A stretch of 64,000 bases of DNA, from contig BK006945.2 in the NCBI GenBank assembly GCA_000146045.2, positions 160,001 through 224,000 of the forward strand, read 5' to 3'. This DNA comes from TPA_inf: Saccharomyces (lineage: Eukaryota). The number at the start of each line of letters is the position of its first letter. Positions within the stretch are counted from its first letter, which is position 1. The position numbers and the translations under genes were made by a program. Shown one piece after another: positions 55,440 through 64,000 of this stretch. The notes beneath the pieces were generated by a model. That model worked only from the letters and a program-made list of their open reading frames with translations, was not told the DNA's origin and searched no databases.

Positions 55440-58400
55440 CTAATGAATCCATTTGTTTGTTAATAGTTTGAATGTTTTTATCGGAAGAGGTTTGGTCATT
55501 ACGTCTGCAATATTCTTTTTGGTTTCGATATAGCATACGTGCAGATGATTTCCTGATACTTCATCTCTTAGTCTCATTGCTTTAGTACCAAAAAATCTGT
55601 TTCTAAATTTCTCTTCATTATTGGATATAATTATACTGATTGTAGATTTACTGTCGGTTAGTAATCCTTTAGTAATTGGTTTCTTGTTAAGTTCTTGCAC
55701 AAGGTGACTGAGGTTATTTAATAATGGGACAGATTCACTTATCGCGTGTATTTCTGCTTCCGTAGTTGAAGTACATGTTAATGAAGCCTTGGTGGACTTT
55801 CCTCCAATTACTTTTCCATTAAGTAAATATATGTTGCCAATTTGTGATTTATAATACGGTTGGTTACCATACGATGCATCGCTTATAACAACTAATTTAT
55901 TTGTTGGCTTAACAGGTTTGCTTTTGTGCCATATTAATTGCTTATCTCTCGTATTCCATATGAACTGTATCAATTCATATGTCATATCTAACACTTGCTT
56001 GGACGGAAATAGTATATGTTGTGCAAGTGTGTTGATGTAGTATAATAGGTCAAATCTAAATTTATATCCAACATATGATGCTAGACCTATCAGCTTTTGC
56101 ATTTCATGTACCTTCATTTTGTAATCATCTTCTTCTAGCTCTAGTTCTTGCTGGTCTATATATAGACCTGGTTGACCTGGAGCGCTAAGTTTCCTTCCTT
56201 TTGGGTTCAAAGGTACGTTTAGTTTGGGTATTTTTTCAGTTAATGAGTTTTCCATACCTAATTTCATGTATTTACCTCTTTGATATTTGATTTCTAAGCC
56301 AAGTATGTCGTACTGAATTTCGTTATCACTTTCACCCAGATTTATTATCTTTGTATCGTATTGTTTCTTGAGTGTTGTTATGATTTTCTTATTTGCATTT
56401 AAGTCTTTGCTGAACAATATCATATCATCAACGAATAAGCAAATTGTTACTTGACTATTCTTAAATACGCATGACCATCCACGAACTTCTTCCATACCAC
56501 ACTGTTTTATCAGGTATGATTTGATAGTTTCGTACCAGTTCGCTCCACTTTGTTTCAATCCATAAAGTGATTTCTTCAAACGTATTAACTTATCATTCAT
56601 TCCTAAATGTGGTGGAGGTCTTATGTATAGTTCTTCTTTGATGTCTGCATACAAATATGCCGAAGATATGTCTAATTGTGTAATATAGTAGTTATTGTCT
56701 GATGCAAGTGACAGGGATGTCATTAATGCATAGTGATGTACGGTATTGGATTGCATGCCTGGGTCGTAAGTGTCAGGATGTTGAATATCACCTCTTGCAA
56801 CAAATCTAGCTTTATGAGTACCGCCACGTTTCCTGTTAAAGATAAACATTGAATTTATTACTCTTTTGGGGTCTATTTCTTTTCTGTCATAATATCTGTC
56901 AGTGTCCCAAGTTTTCATCTTCAACAGTTGATTGACTTCTTTGTGGTATGCCTGGATATATTTTTCTTTTTCTTTAATATCTTTATTATAGGTGATTGCC
57001 TCATCGTATCGTAAGGTAGTTCGTATTGGTTTGATTGATTTTACTGCTTTTACAGCTGCAATCAGGTGAATTCGTTTCTTCGATCTCGGAGGTTCTAAAC
57101 TACGCATATTCTTAGTATTCCATGTGTCTCGTGATACCTTAATTTCAGTTTCATTATCTTCTAATGATCTTTTCTTACTGTTGATAGTAGTATAGGCATT
57201 AGAGTCACCAATACCACCCAAACTGGAATTAGTTTGATGAGAATTTATCGGTGGGAGTTCTTTAAAGGAGTCTGATAATTCGGTAGGAGGTTCTGGAGGC
57301 AGATCGGGGAGTGGAAGATCAGCGATAATAGATTCCTCTGTATTCTCCTTAGGACAGGTATCTGACGTTTTGATAGGAACGACGTGGTGTAGTGAATTAC
57401 TTTCTGATGAGGAAGTATCGATCGAAGGTGAACGGTGTATGATCCTTTTCTCAGTCTCCTGTTCGCTTGTCTGCGGAACAGTTTTATTATTGGTACCACC
57501 CGTACTGGATATTGGTACGTTTGTATGATTAGTCTCATTGTCACTGTACGAGTCTGAGTGTCTGAAATCTTTAGATTTACTGGCGTGCGACGACTCATGT
57601 GTGTTAGATTGGGACATGGGAGCAAGTAAAGGAACATCTAATCTATGCATACCACCCGAACCGGTACTCTCGATATCGGAAATTTGGGGGGTGCTAGATC
57701 TCTTCTTAGATGGAAGAATATTAGATTCAGATATGTTGGGGTCAACTTCTCTGGGTGCGCGAATATTGGTTTTGGAAACACGTTTCGAATCTTCAGTATG
57801 AGTTGACGGAGGTGTGGAATCGGTTGGACTCACAGCTTTTGAAAGGACATTTCTCGGTTGCTCAGGATGTAGTTCGATGTCAGATTGGAAGTCATGGTCA
57901 GATTCTATGTTAAGATCATCGGATTGTTGGATCTCATTTGACGCAATGAACGATTGATATGAAGCAGTTAAACGGTTTAAGTCTTCATCGAAAGTGAGTG
58001 CGTCGTAATTGAATTGATCTAATCTGGATTCCTTGCCCTGAAGAATAACATAGTTAGTTGTATCTACTGTCTTCTTTAAGGATGGAAGATAGATGATATA
58101 TCCATAAGAGTTTCGAGACGGATGTAGAGCGTAGCCTGGGATGCCACGAGGATGTATTTTGGAGTTAGGGTTGTGATCATTGACGATAACAGGTTGACCG
58201 AAAGGTAACAAAGTACTGATATCAAGTCCTGCCAAGCCAGCATGTTGTCTTGCAGATTTTTTGCTTTTAGGTGAAGCTAGTGAATTTCTCACAATAGTAG
58301 AAAATTCGATTGCAGAGAACCATAAATGGTTCGGTAAACCACTACATTGCAGTTGAGTACGGCAGTCATCTAATAAGGTACGGTTGAGCCGTTCAGCGAC

Positions 58401-59402
58401 TCCATGTGCTCGGGAATCCGCTGTGGTTGTATAGCATGGAGTTATACCATTTTTTTCAAGGAATTTATGGAGAGTTCTGTTAGTATACTCAGAACCACGG
58501 TCCATTTGTATAACCAAGACACTGGCCTGAAACTGGTTTTTAATAAAAGCTAGTATCGTAGTAAAAACATCGAGGATAGAGTCCTCGCGACGGTCGTGTA
58601 ATGGATAAACCCAACGGAATTTTGTTGTCTCATCAGTAAATGAGATGAAATAGGATGGTGCACTTTTTGGTAGGTTGTGAACTGGACCAAATATGTCAGT
58701 ATGTAGGTATTGAAAGGGTTCGTATGAATTTTGGTATTTTAGTCGTGAACCTTTGATATGTCTGTGTTTGGTGCTTTTGCCGATTAAACAATCAGGACAT
58801 TGATAGTCAATAGCACTAGACCAGTCGACATCTGATTCGTTAAAATACGTGATGGTGTTATTTTTAAGTGAGTATCGAATTGTCTGTGCATTGGCATGCG
58901 CAAGCATTCGATGAATGAAAGGATAAGGATATTTGCGTGTACTTTCACTTGTATGGACATTATTGATGGTGGGTACGGAGATATTTGATGGAAGCAAGTA
59001 CTTTTTAGATACCCAGTAAAAGTCTCCATATTTTACGATAGGTGCAAGTACAGTGCCGTCAGACCGTTCTAAGACGTTTTTGGTAAAGCATGCTGTGATA
59101 TCTACTGCAGCCAATTCATTCAAACTGAGTAAGTCATAGGCTATGTTAGGAGTGTGCAATACCTTTATTGATGTTTTGGTGTTGTCCTGGAAGTGAAATT
59201 GTAGGTCACCAATAGCGTTAATTGGTATATTTCTTTTTTGAGCATCAACTACGTTTATGTCAGGATTAGATGATGCTGAGTGTATGTGATGAGCAGATCT
59301 TATAAGGGTTCGTGATGCTCCTGAATCGAGAAGGAGGTGTCCAGGGAGTTCATCATCAGAATGATTAGTATGATTTACTGTAGATTCAGTAAGTTTCTGG
59401 CC
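55440..59402 (-). CDS. TYB: Ty1 TYB (Pol: protease, integrase, reverse transcriptase, RNase H), expressed as a Gag-Pol fusion by +1 frameshift
   Basis: The +1 frame is open from the CTTAGGC heptamer ([33 protein letters not shown]...) down to the stop at 55440. The track ORF 55440..59159 is simply the part downstream of the first TTG/GTG. Domains occur in Ty1/copia order (DSGAS protease, HHCC/DDE integrase, YVDDM reverse transcriptase). Confidence 0.88.
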
Positions 59403-60708
59403 TAAGATGAAGGTCGTGCTTATTGTTCAATTGAATCGGTTCAGTAGTTGATTTACTGATGGAATCGTTGTCCGTGCTGGGAGAGTTATTAGATGTGGAT
59501 ACATTGTGAGCCCTGGCTGTTTTCGATTTCGAATTATTTGTTTTTTGAGGATTCCGAGCTATAACTTTGGGTTTGGTTGTATTCGTATAGCTGCGAGAAT
59601 CATTCTTCTCATCACTCGGATTTCTCCTGTAATTAGGTTTGCTGTTTCTCGATCCCTGTTGTTCTTCATAAATAGCATGGATATCTAAGAACAGTTCAGC
59701 GACTGTCATATTTAGATGTCGATGACGTGTGTAGCGTAAAAATTTATATTCGCCAGATAGACCTCTCATAATTAATTGGCATGCGACCTTGTTATTGATA
59801 TGAATGCCATTATTGTTCAGTCTGTCGATAATGTTTGTGACTTTTGTTTCAAATGCATCTGCAGGTGTACTGCCATTATATTGCAAATTTGCCAGGGTCA
59901 CAATGTCGTTTGCCTCTTGGGTATCAGATTGCATTTTTTCAATACTTTTGGAAAGAATTTTCATGATATCCGTATAATCAACGGATAGGATGTCTTTGAC
60001 CCAGGTAGGTAGGAATTGAGAGGGAGCAAATATTTGAAAAGTGTTATACAAGAAGGTGAGTTCATCATCAGTGATCTGACGTACGGGTTTTCCGTTTACT
60101 GTCGGAATAATACCACCGAGATTCGAGTTTTGTAAAAATTTGATGTATGTTTTAACCCAATTTGGAAAATCATTAGGTGAGGTTAACATTGGTGGTGGTC
60201 TGACATATTTTTTAGTGGATGTCATATCAGAGTCCGCTGAGGATGAATCAGTAAATGTATTACCTGACTCAGGTGATGGAGTGCTCAGAGGCGTTCCAAC
60301 TGATGATGGATACTGCGGAAACTGTGATTGTGGCCCAGGTGGAAAGTACATAGGCGACATTTGATAAGGTGTATACGGAATCATAGATGGGTGTCCGTAA
60401 AATGACCAACCAGATGGATTGGCTTGGTTTTGGGTCATCATGCACTGCTGTGGGTACGGCCCATTCTGTGGAGGTGGTACTGAAGCAGGTTGAGGAGAGG
60501 CATGATGGGGGTTCTCTGGAACAGCTGATGAAGCAGGTGTTGTTGTCTGTTGAGAGTTAGCCTTAGTGGAAGCCTTATCATATTCTTGAATTTTGGAAGC
60601 TGAAACGTCTAACGGATCTTGATTTGTGTGGACTTCCTTAGAAGTAACCGAAGCACAGGCGCTACCATGAGATATATGTGGGTAATTAGATAATTGTTGG
60701 GATTCCAT
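59386..60708 (-). CDS. TYA: Ty1 TYA (Gag, capsid) ORF, 440 aa
   Basis: Starts MESQQLS and ends ...[10 protein letters not shown]. The N-terminus differs from canonical Ty1-H3 Gag in several blocks ([27 protein letters not shown]). Confidence 0.9.
59400..59406 (-). promoter_or_regulatory. Ty1 +1 programmed ribosomal frameshift heptamer CUU-AGG-C
   Basis: rc of 59400-59406 is CTTAGGC. It lies in the TYA frame as Leu-Arg, 5 codons before the TYA stop. Confidence 0.85.
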
Positions 60709-61005
60709 TGTTGATAGAGGCTATAATATTAGGTATACAGAATATACTAGAAGTTCTCCTCGAGGATATAGGAATCCTCAAAATGGAATCTATATTTCTA
60801 CATACTAATATTACGATTATTCCTCATTCCGTTTTATATGTTTATATTCATTGATCCTATTACATTATCAATCCTTGCGTTTCAGCTTCCTCTAACATCG
60901 ATGACAGCTTCTCATAACTTATGTCATCATCTTAACACCGTATATGATAATATATTGATAATATAACTATTAGTTGATAGACGATAGTGGATTTTTATTC
61001 CAACA
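60668..61005 (-). repeat. Ty1 5' LTR (delta)
   Basis: rc reads TGTTGGAATAAAAATCCACTATCG...TATCTCA. Contains the TYA ATG. Confidence 0.9.
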
Positions 61006-61037
61006 CTTTCATACGTAACGGGGGTAATATTACTAGC

Positions 61038-61311
61038 TGTTAGAATAAGAGTCAACGATCATAATTGACTAGTAACGCAAATACTACTAAACAGATGATG
61101 TTTTAGAGTTTCATTCTAACAAATTGATAATGTAGTAGAATAATGAATGACAAAGTATAAAAGAAAGGAAGACAAAGTGATTTTATTATCAGAACTATCA
61201 ACTCCCTTTCGTGAATTCCAAGACTGTTGAGGAGAACTTCTAGTATATTTTGTATACCTAATATCAACAACGAAATCCCAACAATTAATACGAAGTTCAC
61301 CCATTTTCTGA
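61038..61311 (+). repeat. Degenerate solo delta LTR (Ty1/Ty2 family remnant), about 274 bp
   Basis: Starts TGTTAGAATA and contains ...GGAGAACTTCTAGTATATTTTGTATACCTAATAT...AATCCCAACAATTA...TTCACCCATTTTCTGA, which matches the 3' half of delta with divergence and an internal deletion. Directly abuts the Ty1 insertion. Confidence 0.6.
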
Positions 61312-61520
61312 TAATTGTTACGTGCAAATAATAGAACTACTTTTGTCGAGGTGTAATCTCGTATTCAAACTATATAGTAAATTATTCTCAATGGTCGAGT
61401 AATGCAAGAAGATGATATTGAATACTTTGCGTAACTTTACCAATTATCCAATATGCAACAGTAAAATGATACCTTCACATTTCAAGCTAATTCCAAAATA
61501 ATACATATTAGGTAAAATCC

Positions 61521-62132
61521 TCAATTTAATTGCCCGGTTTTACCTTCAGACATCGCTCCCTTTCCATTGACACATCTATACCCTTCAATGAACCCGCTAT
61601 GTAATATCAACGCATCGTAAAAATAGAATAATAATGCAGTAGTACATATCCAGCCTAGCTGCAATCTAAATAGCTGTGATAGTCGGTGTAAATTAATAGT
61701 TTGGTCAGTTTTAAAAAAAAACCTAATTTTGGTACAAAAGTAGAAGCTGAAAGCAGTCATTGATACCAATAACAAATACTTTAGCTGAAACCATTTAGGA
61801 TACTTTTTTCTGGCAGCACAGCTGGGACATACTACCTTCGAACATCTCTTTGGCTTTGTTTTATTTTCATTTTTAAAATGACCGTTCTTTCGATATAAAA
61901 AGAAAACTATAATAACGAGGGAAATTGTTACCGCCCCCAGAATCATATCTATGATCTTAATGATGATTGCTTTTGGGTACTTTTCAATCAAATTATCTAC
62001 TGATGGCACCATAAAACAATTTATAAAATAAAGGCTACAAACGGCCTTTGTTAATTTTTCTATAATTAATAAGGAATTAGACTTTGGGATCTCATCTTGG
62101 CTTTCTGTCGCACTAAGTTCTGCCTCTTTCAT
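61521..62132 (-). CDS. Predicted multi-pass membrane protein of unknown function (YLR036C)
   Basis: 203 aa. ATG confirmed. Several hydrophobic segments (LVIIVFFLY; LLVSMTAFSFYF; ICTTALLFYFY). Confidence 0.7.
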   Translation of the reverse strand: MKEAELSATESQDEIPKSNSLLIIEKLTKAVCSLYFINCFMVPSVDNLIEKYPKAIIIKIIDMILGAVTISLVIIVFFLYRKNGHFKNENKTKPKRCSKVVCPSCAARKKYPKWFQLKYLLLVSMTAFSFYFCTKIRFFFKTDQTINLHRLSQLFRLQLGWICTTALLFYFYDALILHSGFIEGYRCVNGKGAMSEGKTGQLN

Positions 62133-62684
62133 TATTTCCTATACTTTGAAGGAGAAAGTAAACTTTAACGGCAAGTTCCTGTCTTAACTACCTTTTAGTT
62201 CTCGTGTGTTGTGAAGGGCCTTTGAGGAAAAACTCGAAAGTTTGTTCCGTACTTTTAAACTTTCAATTTTTTACCAAAAAGGCTATTTACCGCTTTATGG
62301 GAAGATCATGGCAAGTCAAATCCACGTTAAATGGAACAAGATTAACTTGCCACAGATCAAATGCTGAATTGAAGAGAAGTTTTAAGCATTAAGATTCTTA
62401 ATATGATCATTAATATATCAGTACGTGTCTCAACTGGAATCGTATAAGGTTCTTGTAAGTACAAATTGTATGCAGAAATTTAAATGCGAGAACAAAACTT
62501 GAATCTCCCCCCGCATTTAAAAAATATCTTTTTGAACACAGTGCAACTGATTAAAAGTACCTGTAATACATATATATGTTTGTATACGTATGTATATCTA
62601 ATTATTTCTTACCGTCAAATCATAATTATTTTTATCCGTTCGTAAAGCAATCCAGTGCTAAATACCAATTGTGAGGCCATCGGC

Positions 62685-63059
62685 TTAGTTTGGAACAGCA
62701 GTGTAGATACCGTCCTTGGATAGAGCGCTGGAGATAGCTGGTCTCAATCTGGTGGAGTACCATGGGACACCAGTGATGACTCTAGTGACTTGATCAGCGG
62801 GAATACCAGTCAACATAGTGGTGAAATCACCGTAGTTGAAAACAGCTTCAGCAATTTCAACTGGGTAAGTTTCAGTTGGATGAGCAGCTTGGAACATATA
62901 GTATTCAGCCAAATGAGCTCTGATATCTGAGACGTAGACACCTAATTCGACCAGGTTAACTCTTTCGTCAGAGGGAGATAAAGTAGTGGTGGCTGGGGCA
63001 GCAGCGACACCAGCAGCAATAGCAGCGACACCAGCAACAATTGAAGTTAGTTTGACCAT
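62685..63059 (-). CDS. PAU23: Seripauperin (PAU/DAN family cell-wall mannoprotein)
   Basis: 124 aa. ATG confirmed. Signal peptide [20 protein letters not shown]. Conserved PAU core ([33 protein letters not shown]). Confidence 0.88.
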   Translation of the reverse strand: MVKLTSIVAGVAAIAAGVAAAPATTTLSPSDERVNLVELGVYVSDIRAHLAEYYMFQAAHPTETYPVEIAEAVFNYGDFTTMLTGIPADQVTRVITGVPWYSTRLRPAISSALSKDGIYTAVPN

Positions 63060-63498
63060 TTTTTTCGATTGAACTTTTGTAGATCTTTTTAGTGAAGATG
63101 TGAGCTCACTCGAATGTAAATAACAATGCCAAATTGTCGGAAAGAGTTAATCAAAGCTGCTCTATTTATATGCCGTTTTTTAATAAGCGACGGACGAACA
63201 GATAAATTGTTGAATAGCTATTTCACTGCTGATATTTCTCTTACTTGGGCTCCCCTATCCCATACTCTTCACCACTACAAATATGCAGTTGCCCTTTCTT
63301 CAACAATGCTTTTTTTATAGATCTCGTATACGGATCCGCGCCTTTGTACTACCTATATCTTATTATGATATATACAGGAGCACAGGAATGTTCGGTACAG
63401 GGATGATACCTTTAAAGGAAGTTTTGGCATGCCTTGACAACTTCAATTAATCTTTGGCCAAGAAAATGAACCAGAAATCAAATTTTATTCTGTGCCCT

Positions 63499-63506
63499 CT
63501 GAACGA
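63499..63506 (-). promoter_or_regulatory. AR1 anaerobic response element (TCGTTCAG) in the PAU23 promoter
   Basis: Plus strand reads CTGAACGA, whose rc is TCGTTCAG. This matches the Upc2/Ecm22-bound AR1 consensus TCGTTYAG of DAN/TIR/PAU genes. It lies about 440 bp upstream of the PAU23 ATG. Confidence 0.45.
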
Positions 63507-64000
63507 GGGCAATATCCAATGTTTGACACTAAACGGTTGTCAGGAGAAAAATTGAATGTTTCCCAAATCAGAAACATTAAAATCCCTCTATATGATCAGA
63601 GGAGTCGTACCTGTTAGGGTATGAGCGAGGAAACGTGATTGAGAGTTATAAACTGACCATACGAAGAGTTACGGCCATTGATTGGGTTCATGACACCCAG
63701 GGAAGTTTCTTTTGGATTAAAATCACAAGTCTTGCAATTGCTGTATGTATTGCATGAGTGAAGTAGTTGGCATCTAATGGATACCCACTTAGGGAGTTTA
63801 TGGATGAATCTTGTCTTCATAGGGTAGCTCGAGAGTGTTTTTTAATCTAGTGATATCCACTTAGCTAAGCGCGGCTGGAGATACAATATTTACAAAGGCA
63901 ATTTCAAAAGTAGGAGCGTTTTCAAAGGCCTGCTCCATTCTCCGTTGAGGTAGTAGAAGCAAATATAAACGGTTAATCTTGCTGTTTTCCTTGTTTTGTC

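Larger units (their letters stand above)
55080..61005 (-). mobile_element. Full-length Ty1 (Ty1/copia, Pseudoviridae) LTR retrotransposon, 5926 bp
   Basis: Two 338-bp delta LTRs (55080-55417 and 60668-61005) differing at about 1 position in the stretch compared. Flanking 5-bp direct repeat CTTTC (55075-55079 and 61006-61010). tRNAi-Met primer-binding site TGGTAGCGCC (rc of 60658-60667). Polypurine tract TGGGTGGTA next to the 3' LTR. Intact TYA and TYB. Inserted about 125 bp upstream of tRNA-Ala. Confidence 0.93.

Noticed and set aside
55440-59159. The ORF track shows TYB starting at 59159, about 240 nt downstream of the TYA stop, which might suggest a truncated or pseudogenized Pol.
   Set aside because: I translated the +1 frame from the CTTAGGC heptamer by hand. 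It reads [86 protein letters not shown] with no stop. The track simply begins at the first TTG, since it treats GTG and TTG as starts. TYB is intact.
1-64000. A prokaryotic-style defence island, operon or CRISPR array, as the prompt might suggest.
   Set aside because: The sequence is yeast nuclear DNA. It has monocistronic genes with AT-rich intergenic promoters, eukaryotic tRNAs flanked by Ty LTRs and an H/ACA snoRNA. There are no repeat-spacer arrays and no operonic gene clusters.

Overview
This window is nuclear DNA from budding yeast (Saccharomyces cerevisiae). It matches the right arm of chromosome XII just beyond CEN12, the YLR005W to YLR037C interval at roughly 160-224 kb; that placement is recalled from memory, not searched. 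It is ordinary, gene-dense eukaryotic chromosome. I see no evidence of a novel system: no operons, no CRISPR array and no defence island.

The window holds about 35 intronless protein-coding genes that I could match to known yeast proteins by sequence. They are SSL1, SSK1, NSE1, PAM18, RLP24, TEN1, LOT6, YLR012C, GAT3, PPR1, BRE2, PML1, MEU1, POM34, PSR2, YEH2, IRC25/POC3, SDO1, IZH3, UBR2, SNF7, SED5, AAT2, ADE16, RPL15A, YLR030W, YLR031W, RAD5, RSC58, SMF3, MLH2, YLR036C and PAU23.

The features the ORF track does not show are:
- Two tRNA genes, tRNA-Ser(AGA) and tRNA-Ala(UGC), each with a T-run Pol III terminator.
- The H/ACA box snoRNA snR30, about 606 nt, lying in the ORF-free gap between AAT2 and ADE16.
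- A full-length, apparently intact Ty1 retrotransposon (5926 bp) with a 5-bp CTTTC target-site duplication, inserted about 125 bp upstream of tRNA-Ala.
- A sigma (Ty3) solo LTR 16 bp upstream of tRNA-Ser, a tau-like (Ty4) solo LTR next to it, and a degenerate solo delta LTR beside the Ty1.

The supplied ORF track translates GTG and TTG as start codons. Several track ORFs are therefore N-terminally over-extended: SSL1, SSK1, PAM18, TEN1, PML1, AAT2, YLR030W and YLR031W. I re-anchored each of these to its first in-frame ATG.

Three things are worth a second look. YLR030W and YLR031W look like a single gene split by a frameshift in an A12 tract. The Ty1 copy has a variant Gag N-terminus. AAT2 has an extra in-frame ATG 14 codons upstream of the accepted start.
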